NCBI RefSeq assembly: GCF_039654945.1 | Contig: NW_027361869.1 | Coordinates: 7,130,001 to 7,194,000 of the forward strand | Direction of reading: 5' to 3' | Length of the DNA: 64,000 bases | DNA from: Dendrobates tinctorius | Taxonomy: Eukaryota | In this document: one piece after another, positions 35,111 to 48,318 of the stretch | Layout of the letters: each line of letters opens with the position of its first letter | Numbering within the stretch: the first letter of the stretch is position 1 | Position numbers and translations under genes: made by a program | The notes under the pieces: model-generated | Seen by the model: the letters and a program-made list of their open reading frames with translations, nothing else | Databases searched by the model: none | What the model was told of the DNA's origin: nothing

Positions 35111-35424
35111 TCCCTGTACCCCGTATGTGCGGAGTATTGGGGGTGACAGATGCTCCACATCAGGAGATGATCCACATCGGCGGCTGATTGCAATGACCTG
35201 CTAAAATCTGGTCTCACCCATTGTGGAGCTGTGACCGCTGAGGCCTGTAATGGTGGAAGAGAACTGATAAGGGGCAGCTTCATAATGCGACTCACTCCCC
35301 AACCAGACGCATCTCCGGGGAGAAAACTGTGAGATATTCCTGGATTTATGTGACCCAACTATTGTGCAAAAGGGGAATATTGGGAGAAAAGAGGAGACAC
35401 AAAATGCAATTTCTACACACAGAG

Positions 35425-36680
35425 CACAGCTGTATAGGGATGAGGTGGTGGCACTTATCATAAAGCTCTGCAGGGATGAAGTGGTGGCACTGATGATACA
35501 GGTGTGCAGGGACGAGGTGGTGGCACTGATCATACAGCTCTGCAGGGAGTAGGTGGTGGCACTGATCATACAGCTCTGTGTGGATAAGATGGTGGCACTG
35601 ATCATGCAGCTCTGCAGGGATGAGGTTGTGGCACTGATCATACAGCTCTGCAGGGATGAGGTAGTGGCACAGATCACACAGCTCTGCAAGGACCAGGTGG
35701 TGGCACTGATCATACAGCTCTGCGGCGACAAGGTGGTGGTACTGATCATACAGCTCTGCAGAGAGGAGGTGGTGGCACTGATCATAAAGTTCTGCAGTGA
35801 CGAGTTGGTAGCACTAATCATACTGCTTTTCAGGGAGGAGGTGGTGGCACTGATCATACAGCTCTGCAGGAATGAGGAGGTGGCACTGATCATACAGCTC
35901 TGCGGCGACAAGGTGGTGGCACTGATCATACAGCTCTGCGGGGACAAGGTGTTGGTACTGATCATACAGCTCTGCAAGGACCAGGTGGTGGCACTTATCA
36001 TACAGCTCTGCAGAGAGGAAGTGGTGGCACTGATCATACACCTCTGCGGCGACAAGGTGTTGGTACTGATCATACAGCTCTGCAAGGACCAGGTGGTGGC
36101 ACTTATCATACAGCTCTGCAGAGAGGAGGTGGTGGCACTGATCATGCAGCTCTGCTCGGACAAAGTGGTGGCACTTATGTTACAGCTTTGCAGGGACAAG
36201 GTGGTGGCAATGATAATACAGCTCTACAAGGATGAGGTGGTGGTACTAATCATACAGCTCTGCAGGGAGGAGGTGGTGGCACTGATCATACAGCTCTGCG
36301 GGGACAAGATGGTGGCACTGATCATAAAGCTCTGAGGGGATGACGTGGTGGCACTGATCAAATAGCTCTGCAGGGATTAGGTGGTGGCACTCATCGTACA
36401 GCTCTGCAAGGAGTAGGCGGTGGTACTGATCATACAACTTTGCGGCGACAAGGTGGTGGCACTGATCATACAGGTCTGCAGGTAAAAGGTGGTGGCACTG
36501 AACATACAGCTCAGCGCGGACAAGATGGTAGCACTGATCAGACAGCTCTACATGGAGGAGGTTGTGGCACTGAACATACTGGTTTGCAGGGATGAGGTAG
36601 TGGCACTGATCATACAGCTCTGCAGGTATGAGGAGGTGGCACTGAAGATACAGCTGTGCCTGGATGAGGTGGTTGCACCA
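35425..36680. repeat. 30-bp satellite array C (about 42 units, A-like variants)
   Basis: Same consensus and orientation as A and B. Confidence 0.97.
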
Positions 36681-36935
36681 TATATATTTTATATATATAT
36701 ATATAATTGTGTGTGTGTGAAACAAACTGGGGCGTTCATCAGGCCCCCCTGTCATAGCCCCCATCAGCACCATGGGATCAAAAGGGCAAGAAAACAAGCA
36801 ACTGGGAAAATACCCTTACCATAAATATTTGGCTGCGCTAAAGGAGAATTGGGCGCCTGCACCTGGCACCTACAGTGTATGGAGTGGGCTCAGCACCTGA
36901 GCCCGCTTCATACATCCACCCCCTCCTTAGTACGA

Positions 36936-39900
36936 CCAGGAGAAGAGTCTTGAGGAGATCATTTGCATAGAATCATAGAATCATAGAGTTGGAAGGGACC
37001 TCCTGGGCCATCTGGTCCAACCCCCTGCTCAAAGCAGGATTCGCTAAATCATCCCAGTTAGATGTCTGTCCAGCCTCTGTTTGAAGACTTCCATTGAAGG
37101 AGAACTCACCACTTCTCGTGGCAGCCTGTTCCACTCATTGATCACTCTAACTGTCAAAAAGTTTTTTCTAATATCTAATCTGTGTCTCCTCCCATTCAGC
37201 TTCATCCCATTGCTTCTAGTCTTTCCTTGTGCAAATGAGAATAAAGTTGATCCTTCTACATTGTGACAGCCCTTTAGATATTTGTAGACAGCTATTAAGT
37301 CTCCTCTCAGTCTTCTCTTTTGCAAACTAAACATTCCCAAATCCTGCAACCTTTCCTCATAAGACAGGGTTTGCAGACCGGTCACCATTCTGGTCGCTCT
37401 TTTCTGAACTTGCTCCAGTTTGTTGATGTCTTTTTTAAAATGTGGTGCCCAAAATTGGACACAATATTCCAGATGAGGTCTGACCAAAGAGGAGTAGAGG
37501 GAAATAATTACTTCACGTGATCTAGACTGTATGCTTCTGTTAATACATCCTAGAATTGCATTTGCCTTTTTTGCTGCTGCATCACACTGTTGACTCATAT
37601 TCAGTCTGTGATCTATTAGTATACCCAAGTCTTTTTCACATGTGCTGTCACTTAGCCCTATTCCTCCCATTCTATATATGCTTTTTTCATTTTTATTGCC
37701 CAGATGTAGTACTTTGCATTTCTCCCTGTTAAAAACTTATTATTATTTTTGGCTCATCTTTCATCGTTTTTAAGAGATCTCAACATGGAAGAGGCCAGGA
37801 GCCATTTGGTGAGCTGCATTTCTTGCTACATGTTCACAGACTTACCAGTGGAAAAGCCAAATTTCACATGCCACAAATGCAAGCTTGTATCCCTGTTGGA
37901 GGAAAAGTTTGGGAATTCCCATATTCCCAGTGCCTTCTGGGATAAGTGAAGAGTCTCCGCGAGCTCTACGATCACTGGGTTTTGGCCGTTGCAGCTGAAA
38001 AGAGGAAATCGGAAAACCAGTGGAAGAGTCTTGAGGAGATCATTTGCATATTCCCAGTGCCTTCTGGGATAAGTGAAGAGTCTCTACGATCACTGGGTTT
38101 TGGCCGTTGCAGCTGAAAAGAGGAAATCGGAAAACCAGGGGAAGAGTCTTGAGGAGATCATTTGCATATTCCCAGTGCCTTCTGGGATAAGTGAAGAGTC
38201 TCCGCGAGCTCTACGATCACTGGGTTTTGGCCGTTGCAGCTGAAAAGAGGAAATCGGAAAACCAGGGGAAGAGTCTTGAGGAGATCATTTGCATATTCCC
38301 AGTGCCTTCTGGGATAAGTGAAGAGTCTCCGCGAGCTCTACGATCACTGGGTTTTGGCCGTTGCAGCTGAAAAGAGGAAATCGGAAAACCAGGGGAAGAG
38401 TCTTGAGGAGATCATTTGCATATTCCCAGTGCCTTCTGGGATAAGTGAAGAGTCTCCGCGAGCTCTACGATCACTGGGTTTTGGCCGTTGCAGCTGAAAA
38501 GAGGAAATCGGAAAACCAGGGGAAGAGTCTTGAGGAGATCATTTGCATATTCCCAGTGCCTTCTGGGATAAGTGAAGAGTCTCCGCGAGCTCTACGATCA
38601 CTGGGTTTTGGCCGTTGCAGCTGAAAAGAGGAAATCGGAAAACCAGGGGAAGAGTCTTGAGGAGATCACTTGCATATTCCCAGTGCCTTCTGGGATAAGT
38701 GAAGAGTCTCCGCGAGCTCTACGATCACTGGGTTTTGGCCGTTGCAGCTGAAAAGAGGAAATCGGAAAAACCGCGCGCCTATCGGCGCGCAAATTTTGGC
38801 TCATCTTTCATCGTTTTTAAGAGATCTCAACATGGAAGAGGCCAGGAGCCATTTGGTGAGCTGCATTTCTTGCTACATGTTCACAGACTTACCAGTGGAA
38901 AAGCCAAATTTCACATGCCACAAATGCAAGCTTGTGTCCCTGTTGGAGGAAAAGTTGCAAAATCTCGAAGAGAGGTTGAAGATCATTAAGGAAGGTGAAG
39001 AGTTCTTGGACAGAGCAGAATTATCTCTTCATGTTACAGAAAGAGAAGAAATTCGAAGTGCACCTGAAGAAACCAGTACCAGGCTCTCACGCAGGAAAAC
39101 GATGAAGAAATACATCAGGATAAGACTTTGCCAACAAACAGCAACCTTGTACGCCCTCAGAGTCCTCCTGGATGGAGAAAGAAAAATGTTGTGAAGAAGA
39201 AACGGAGAGTGGTGGTCATGGGGGATTCCCTGCTGAGAGGAACAGAGGCCGCTATCTGCAGACCGGATATAACTACAAGAGAAATGTGCTGTCTTCCAGG
39301 TGCAAAAATTAAAGATGTGTCTGACAGGATATCAGGACTCTTCAGACCTACAGATGACTACCCATTCCTGCTACTACATGTGGGGACAAATGACACCGCA
39401 AGAAACGACCTGGAAACATCTGCAGAGACTTTGAAGACTTAGGCAAGAAAGTGAAAGAACTGGGAGCGCAGGTGGTCTTCTCTTCCATCCTCCCAGTGGA
39501 TGGCCATGGAACAAGGAGGTGGAATAAGATTCTGCAGGTGAACAACTGGCTACGTCGATGGTGCCGTCAGCAACGATTTGGATTTCTGGATCACGGAGTG
39601 AACTACTTATACGATGGACTACTTGCTAGAGATGGGGTGCACCTTACGAAGACTGGAAAGCATGTATTTGGAAGTCGCCTTGCTACACTTGTAAGGAGAG
39701 CTTTAAACTAGAACAACATGGGAAGGGAAGCAAAAGACCAGAAAAAGCCATACACCTGACAAATGCTATTGAGAACTCTGCTATTAGAAGTGGAAAGGAA
39801 GAACAAAGACGAAAGAATCTAATTAATAAAAATATTGGAGAAAGAGAAACCAATCACAAACTAAAATGTTTCTATACTAATGCACAAAGCATGGGCAACA

Positions 39901-42704
39901 AACAAGGAGAATTGGAACTACTAACACAGGAAAAGAAATATGATGTCATTGGAATCACTGAAACTTGGTGGGACGATACACATGATTGGAATACAAGACT
40001 AGAAGGATACAACTTATTTGCAAGAAACAGACTTGATAAACGAGGAGGAGGTGTTGCATTGTATGTTAGAAACGCGTATATCTGCACAGAGATTGAAGCT
40101 TCAGAGACTGGGAGATCTGTGGAAACTGTTTGGGTAAGAATACAAGGACAGAACAATGGAAAGGACACCATTGTAGGCATTTACTACAGGCCGCCTGTGC
40201 AAGCTGAAGATATGGATGAACTCTTTATGCATCAAATGGCCAAGTTCTCCAAAAAATATGACATAGTTGTCATGGGAGATTTCAACTATCCAGACATTTG
40301 TTGGGAATCTCTCTCAGGCAAAACTAACAGGTCAAGGAAATTCTTATCCTCTCTTGCTGACAACTTTATCTTCCAAAAGGTAGGGGAGAAAACAAGGGGA
40401 ACTGCTACCTTGGATCTAATCCTTATAAACAGGGAGGAAATGGTTGAGGAGGTAAAAGTGGCTGGAACCCTAGGAGGTAGCGACCATGCTATTTTAGAAT
40501 TTTGGATAACTAGAGGCGGAAGACCTGTGAAGACTCAGACGTCAAGGTTAGATTTCAGAAAGGCAGATTTTAAGGGATTCAGAAAGATAATTGGAGGGAT
40601 CCAATGGCTGGATATCCTTAAAGACAAAAATGTCCAGGAAGGATAGGAAATCTTGAAAAATGAAATTCTCAAAGCACAGTTGTTAACAATTCCGAAAAGA
40701 GGGAAGAATAGGAAGCATTTAAGGAAACCAGGATGGGTGAACACAGAACTAAAGCACATGCTAAAAAGGAAGAAAAAAATGTTTATAAAATGGAAAGAGG
40801 GAGGCATATCTAAAGAAGAATATAATGCTGTCTGCAGAATCTGCAGGGCACAAATCAGATTAGCTAAAGCTAAAAATGAATTGAGGCTTGCAAGAGATGT
40901 CAAAAGCAATAATAAAGGATTTTGGGGATATGTCAAAAGTAAAAGAAAAGTCAAAGATGCTATAGGATTTTTACAGGATGAAAATGATGAAATGGTAAGA
41001 CAGGATGTTGAGAAGGCTGAACTTTTAAATTCCTATTTTGCATCTGTTTTCTCTCAGAAAGGAAATGTAACACCAACTGTTATTCACTGTCCTATTAAGG
41101 GAATAGAAGAATCCAGGATATCTATAAACAGAAAGATAGTGAGGAAACACTTAGCTAACCTAAATGAATTCAAGTCTCCAGGTCCAGATGAATTACACCC
41201 CAGAGTACTGAAGGAGATAGCAGATGAAATTTCTGAACCACTCTCCATAATCTTTGAAAATTCTTGGAGAACAGGAGAAGTGCCAGAAGACTGGAGAAGA
41301 GCAAATGTTGTTCCTATCTTCAAAAAGGGGAAGAAGGTGGACCCAGGCAACTATAGGCCGGTGAGTCTGACTTCTATACCAGGAAAGATCTTTGAACAAA
41401 TTATTAAACAACATGTAAGTCAATACCTGGATAAGAATGAAGTGATCAAACAGAGTCAGCATGGGTTTGTAACTAATAAGTCATGTCAGACTAACTTAAT
41501 TTCCTTCTATGACGGTATCACTGATTGGGTGGATCAAGGAAATGCTGTAGATATAGTATATCTTGACTTCAGCAAAGCATTTGACAAAGTCTCTCATACA
41601 ATCCTTATTGAAAAAATGACTAAGTATGGAATGGACAAGGCAACTGTTAGGTGGATTCATAGCTGGCTTAGTGATCGGACCCAAAGAGTGGTCGTAAATG
41701 GCTGCACATCCAGTTGGAAGAATGTCTCAAGTGGGGTACCACAGGGCTCTGTCCTCTGCCCTGTATTGTTCAACATCTTTATCAACGATTTAGATGAAGG
41801 AATTGAGGGTAAACTGATTAAATTTGCTGATGACACAAAGCTAGGAGGGATAGCTAATACTAGAGAAGAGAGAGAGAGGATTCAAAAAGATTTAAATAAA
41901 CTGGAGAAGTGGGCAGTAACTAACAGAATGGTTTTTAACAGGGAGAAATGCAAAGTACTACATCTGGGCAATAAAAATGAAAAAAGCATATATAGAATGG
42001 GAGGAATAGGGCTAAGTGACAGCACATGTGAAAAAGACTTGGGTATACTAATAGATCACAGACTGAATATGAGTCAACAGTGTGATGCAGCAGCAAAAAA
42101 GGCAAATGCAGTTCTAGGATGTATTAACAGAAGCATACAGTCTAGATCACGTGAAGTCATTATTTCCCTCTACTCCTCTTTGGTCAGACCTCATCTGGAA
42201 TATTGTGTCCAGTTTTGGGCACCACATTTTAAAAAAGACATCAACAAACTGGAGCAAGTTCAGAAAAGAGCGACCAGAATGGTGACCGGTCTGCAAACCC
42301 TGTCTTATGAGGAAAGGTTGCAGGATTTGGGAATGTTTAGTTTGCAAAAGAGAAGACTGAGAGGAGACTTAATTGCTGTCTACAAATATCTAAAGGGCTG
42401 TCACATTGTAGAAGGATCAACTTTATTCTCATTTGCACAAGGAAAGACTAGAAGCAATGGGATGAAACTGAATGGGAGGAGACAAAGATTAGATATTAGA
42501 AAAAACTTTTTGACAGTTAGAGTGATCAATGAGTGGAACAGGCTGCCACGAGAAGTGGTGAGTTCTCCTTCAATGGAAGTCTTCAAACAGAGGCTGGACA
42601 GACATCTGACTGGGATGATTTAGCGAATCCTGCTTTGAGCAGGGGGTTGGACCAGATGGCCCAGGAGGTCCCTTCCAACTCTACGATTCTATGATTCTAT
42701 GATT
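36936..42704 (+). mobile_element. Full-length but defective CR1 (CR1-b) with about 7 monomers
   Basis: Monomers 36936-38769 (first interrupted); ORF1 from 38832 with deletions and frameshifts; ORF2 with TGG>TAG at 40644-40646; ATTCTATG tail. Confidence 0.93.
36966..37919 (-). mobile_element. 5'-inverted truncated CR1 nested in the first monomer of CR1-b
   Basis: Minus-strand 3' end with tail (36966-37736), filler, plus-strand ORF1-start piece (about 37746-37909); the monomer resumes at 37920. Confidence 0.85.
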
Positions 42705-42838
42705 GCATCACTCTATGATTTGTTACAAAGGGAAGCATTGATGTAACGAGCCATATATGTTGTATTGGTGAATATTTTTCTTTCTATTCACAGGGGTGAC
42801 AGCGGGACCCAGTATGTAACTGGTGGAACCAGTATGAG

Positions 42839-43322
42839 ATGATGAAGAGTGCCCAGGATTCAAGGATAAACCTAGAGGAGCAAATGCAGAGCTCGGTGTG
42901 GACCCAGATCCGGTCCCTATTCCCTTCTAACCTCGATGAGTTTCTGCATCAGCTGGGCCCGGAGGTGGACGGGGCCATTGTCATGTGTGTGAACGAGGCA
43001 GCAGCCTGCGTCTATACGTGTGATCTGGGCCGGTGTGGACACCTGGGGGAGATGATTATGGACTATAGCTGGGAGAAGCTGAATGGCCGTAACTGGAGGG
43101 ACATGTCCCGGGACTGGAGGATTGCGTATTCTTATGGCTGCCTGTTTAAAGTGGTCGGGCATTGTGGGGAGCCGGTATTCAGTAAGGACGAGGTTCTGCG
43201 GGTGTGTGACATGTCATTGCTCCTGGGAGCTGAGATCATGGACAATGTGATAAGTAAAATAATCCAAATATTGAGGGATTCGCTCTCCAAGGACTCTGTG
43301 CGGCCTCCAAAGTCCACAACAG
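42839..43322 (+). CDS. KDM8: KDM8/JMJD5 first coding exon (acceptor 42793/42794; donor AG|GTAATT, alternative at 43337)
   Basis: DYSWEKLN..W.D...DWR..Y..GCL.K and LRVCDM.LL.GA.I match the JMJD5 N-terminal domain. Confidence 0.9.
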
Positions 43323-44949
43323 GTAATTCATCCATGGGTAATGTGGAGTCAGTGGGAAGCACCTAGCTGCATGCCGTCACCTACTCAGATGGGAAGCCTT
43401 TGTAAAGAATTATCCCTAATAATTGAGGGTCCCGTCTCTGAAACCCTTTTCCGTTTGAAGAACATAAGTCCCAGAGCAGGCGCTCTTACCATGTGGATCC
43501 ATGGGGAGTGCGAACTCTTTACATAACAGTAGTCAATATGGATGACCACAGCTATGGCGGAGCCTTTGCAACTTGACTTATCAGCAGCCATGTAAGAGTT
43601 GGGGCCCCCAATTTTTTAGGTGGGATGTACTGTGCTGCCATGCCATGAACGCTAGTGATATGATTATTCTTTTCTAACCCCCCCCCCAGAGGCCACTTTC
43701 CAAGAGCCAAGTACATTTTTATTTAATTTTTTTAATTTCATGTAATTTTTTTTTATCCGTCAATACAAATATATGAGGGCATGATTTTTTTTGCAGGACA
43801 AATTGAAGTTTTAAATGACACCGGAAAAAAAGGAAAAAAAAAAGTGTAATGGTAGCGGAGAGGAAACAAAAAATCCACCATTGGTTTTATTTTTACAGCA
43901 TTCATTTTGCGGTGATATGATTCTCCGTGTGACTGTGGCGATACCATCCTTCTAAGTGGAATATATTATTTATTTTATTTCTTTTGAAATTTCTGACTTT
44001 GTAAGGTTGGATTGTGTCGCCATTTTCTGACCAGTAACTTTTGTTCCTATGGATGGAGCTGCAGGACAACTTGCTTTTTGCGTGACGAGCTGTAATTTTT
44101 ATGGGTGACATTTTAGGGTACATAAACCATTGTTATCTTTTTTGGGCAGGGACGAGTGCAGCGACTGGCGCTGATTCTGGGTTAAAAGCATTGTGTGATG
44201 GGCCGACGTGCGGCTGATCGGAAGCCCGCACACTGTTCAAACTGTTTTAAATGCCGTTGTTGGAAATTAGTAACGGCATTTAAGGGGTTAAACAGCAGCG
44301 AACGGAGCTAGTTTGTTCGCTGCTTTTAGCGGCTCGTGGGTGATTAAGGGGTTAAAGGAGCATGCCTATCTGATACATGAAGACCTATGACAACCAGTGG
44401 GACCCACAGCTCCGTCCTGAAAAATAAAAGGGCATACAGCTCTAAATAGGTACTATTGCCGCTCAACCGGTTTTCCCGCTGCAGTATTATGGCCACACAC
44501 TCTGCAGGGGAGCGGAAGCATAGCTTTATTCAAGGGGAAGGGGGCTGCAATTCTCTGCACGGCAAGTGCAGTAACTCCCCTTCATCCTCTTTTGGAGGGG
44601 ATCTCAGAGGTCCAGCCCCCTTCAATCATAAATAGATGGCATTTTCTGGTATGTCCACTATGACACCCCATGATTTCTAGTTACGTCCTTAGACAACCCT
44701 GGATGTAATTGGTCCCCATGGCCATAAACTTTTTTTTTTTTTGAAAAGTTAAATGGTACAGTTGAAAAAATACACGTTTATTAACAGCGTCGGACTGGTG
44801 CACCTTGGAACCCAAGAAGGATTTTCTATGGTGTGCCGACTATGTAGCTGCATAAAAATAAATACAAAACCACCAATTGTGCGGTAAAACACGCTAATAT
44901 CAGGGTATAATATAAGGTAGTACACATCTTAATGATATAGCAGCTGTTG

Positions 44950-45475
44950 GAGTAGCCCCCTCATAGAATATAATGCAGCCCTCATAAGGTATAATGTAGC
45001 CATCCCCATATAATATAATGCAGCCCCACTAATATAGTATAAAGCAGCCACCTCACAGGGTATAATGAAGTTTCTCCCCCCTAGAATATAATGTAGACCT
45101 CTCATACACTATAAAGCAGCGCCAGAGAATATAATGTAGCCCCCCTCTATAAAATGTAATGTAGCCCCTTCATATAGTATAATGCAGCCTCCCCATAGAT
45201 TATAATGTAGCCCCCTCATTGGGTATAATGCAGCCTCCCCATAGCATATAATGTAGCCCCCTCCATAGAATATAATGCAGCCTCCCCATAGAATATAATT
45301 GAATATAATGCAGCCCCCCACCATAGAATATAATATAGCCCCCTCATAGGGTATAACGCATCCCCCCCCTCCATAGAATGTAATGTAGCCCCCTCATAGA
45401 GTATAATGCAGCCTCCCCCTCCATAGAATATAATGCAGCCCCCCTTCTATAGAATATAATATAGCCCCCTGCACA
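44950..45475. repeat. About 22-bp minisatellite (CCATAGAATATAATGCAGCCCC) inside a probable MITE (about 44785-46030)
   Basis: Tandem units; flanking GTCGGACTGG / CCAGTCCGA inverted ends. Confidence 0.75.
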
Positions 45476-47140
45476 GTATTATGACCATCAGTACTCACTC
45501 ACTAGTTTATATAGCAAACAATAGGTTCAATACTCATCTCTCCTCCTCGTTCCCCCCGCTGATCCCGGTCTGTTTCCGTCTCAGCAGCTGTACTGTAGTC
45601 TGCCCGACACACAGCGGTTACACGATGAAGGGACGTGATCGCGCATCAGCTGTGTCAGAGGGGAATGATGGGAGAGGGGAGCGTTATCTGACGCGCTCTC
45701 CTCCATTATTGCTTTCAGTTGTATTGGCATCTGCCGATATAGTGGAATGCTGGGGAGCAGCAGCGGGTGGCAGGAGGCAGGCGCGTGAAAAGGAGAGAAT
45801 ATTCACTGCTCTTGAGCATCGGGCACAGGCTTTAGCCGCAGCAATCTGCCCCTGTCACCTTTTGCTCCAACGGCAGCGGGTTCTCCTGACTCGTGCCTTA
45901 TTGCAGCTGTGTAGTGTGCCGCTATTGGAGACAAGCCACTGACTGGGGCAGCGGGGGTCCTAGGCAGCTGCCGACCTTGTATGCCAGCAAATGTCAGTGC
46001 CTGGGCCCACCGGAGAATCCTCTTGTTCTCCGATGAGCCAGTCCGAACCTCTTTATTAATTTCAGTTGAGGGATGGGAAAGAAAAAAGGGAAGGGGTTAC
46101 GGTGCATAAATAAATGGGGTTATCCTGGACTTTCTATTTATTTTTTCTATTGTGAAGCTAAGATCTTGCAGGTAGTTGCTGATTACCTGCCTGTTCAGTC
46201 TGCTGGAAATCTTTGCCGTCTCAGAGTGGTCCGTTACCGCTATGAGCCGGCGCCGGGTAGAACAGGCCTGTTACTACTTACACTCATAGTACAAAAAAGA
46301 AATGAAACAGACTTTGATAACCCCTTTAATGCAGCATGGTCCAGGCAGAAGTGCCCCCTTGTGGTGTCTTATTTATTTACATCATATTTTCCTTCTCTTC
46401 TCAAGACTTAAATTATTTTAATCTTTCATCATAGTTAATATCCCCCATGCCTCTTATCAGTTTTGTGGCTCTTCTTTTTTTACCTTGGCTATTCTTTCTC
46501 TGAACTGGCGCTAAAGGCTATGCTCACACATTGTATTTTTTACAGGATTTTTTTTTTTTTTTAATGGAAATTAAGATCTTCACAGTACTAGCAAAAGCTA
46601 TGAAATCTCAGAAATCTTATGCACACACTTGCTTTTTTTTTTGCCCTGACTCAATTGGAAAACTGCCGCTTTAAAAAAAAAAAAAAATCTGTAGCGTGTC
46701 AATTCTTTTTACCATAGAAAGCAACAAGAGAGTGCAAAAAAGACACAACCGTGTGTTTTTGGTGAATAAAACTAACTTTATGAAACATGTACTGTAGACA
46801 AATGACAGCTGTAATGTGCAGCAAGAATGCATCAGAAACACACCAAATCCTGCCTTTTGTAAGAAGTGTCTTTGCTGCCAAGAGATCTTATTTTGCCTGC
46901 AGAAAGAAAACACAGCAAAAGCATGCGATCATAGTCTAAAACCTAGTAAACTTGTGATATCCTGTCCCTGTCTCGCGAGTCCATGCCCCCTTTAATACAT
47001 GACAATATAATGCTACTTGACATTGCAAGTTATATAGCCTGTGATCCACAAATAAATCCAGATCCTTCTCTTCCAGTGACTCTCCTAATTTTACTGTCCC
47101 ATACATTCAGATCCTTCTGTACCAGAGATTCTCCTAGTCT

Positions 47141-47793
47141 TAAGCTGGAGTCACACATAGCGACTTACCAGCGATCCCGACAACGATATCAACGTGTCAG
47201 GATCGCTGGTGAGTCGCTATGTGATCGCTGGTGATCTGTCAGACAGCTTCACCAGCGATTAGCACAGCGACGCCGAGCGCGCGGCATCACTGTGTTCGTT
47301 AGAGCTGATGAAATATTCATGTCAAAAATAAATTAAAATAAAAAAATATTGTTATTCTCACCTTCCGACGTCCCGCGCAGCCTTCCCGTCTCTCTCCACG
47401 CTCCGGTCCCAGTAATCCTTTGCGAGAATTATCGCGATGACGTCCGTTCTCGCTGGATGGCAAAGTCTCACGGTCATTCTTGCAAAGGATTACTGGGACC
47501 GGAGCGTGGAGAGAGGCGGGAAGACTGCGCGGGACGCCGGAAGGTGAGAATAACAATATTTTTTAATTTTTTTTCATTTCACCTGATCGCTGGTCTCCCG
47601 CCTGTCACACGCAGCGATGCGTGCTGGCCAGCAGGAGATCAGCGACGAAAAAAATGTCCAGAGGTTTCTTGCAGCGATCAGCGATACCGGCAGGGGGGCT
47701 GGTCGCTGATCGCTGTCACACACGGCGATCTCGCTGGTGAGATTGCTGTTGTGTCACAAAAGTTGTGACTAAGCTGTGTGTGACGGGGCCCTT
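47141..47793. mobile_element. Palindromic MITE, Harbinger-like, inserted in a roughly 47-bp tandem repeat
   Basis: Ends ..GTCACAC / GTGTGAC.. with TTA flanks; internal inverted repeat 47345-47560. Confidence 0.65.
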
Positions 47794-48235
47794 ACTCCCT
47801 CCTACACCCAAATCCTTCTCTACCAGTGACTCTCCTAATTTTTCTCTCCCCTACATCCAGATCCTTCCCTACCAGTAACTCTTCTAGTTTTACTCCCTTG
47901 CACATCCAGATTCTTGTCTACCAGTGACTCACCTAATTTTACCCCCCCCCCATATTGTTAGTGCCCAAGTTCAAAACTTTACATTTCTCCACATTGAATC
48001 TCATCTGACAATTGGATGCCCAAAAATCTAGTTTGTCCAAGCAGCTTATGAACATCTTGCATAGATGGCCCTATACCACATAGTGTGATTTGCAAAAATA
48101 AAAAGATGACTAATTCTGTCTTCAGGTAAAACTTTTTTTGTTATTTTATTTTCAAGTTTAACTTAAATCTGATCCATCTTGGTGAAACTTTTCATCTGTT
48201 TGTTCATTTGCTGATATTTCCTTCCTCTCTTTCAG

Positions 48236-48318
48236 TCCTGACCCACAGAAGACAGAAACGTCTGAGAGATACTCAAGGGCATCGGGTGGATGTGGAACCA
48301 AACGGCCAAATCCCAGAG
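48236..48318 (+). CDS. KDM8: Probable KDM8 linker exon (83 nt, VLTHRRQKRLRD...QIPE)
   Basis: Strong polypyrimidine acceptor and GAG|GT donor; phase 1 in and phase 0 out, which reconciles the two flanking exons. Confidence 0.65.
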
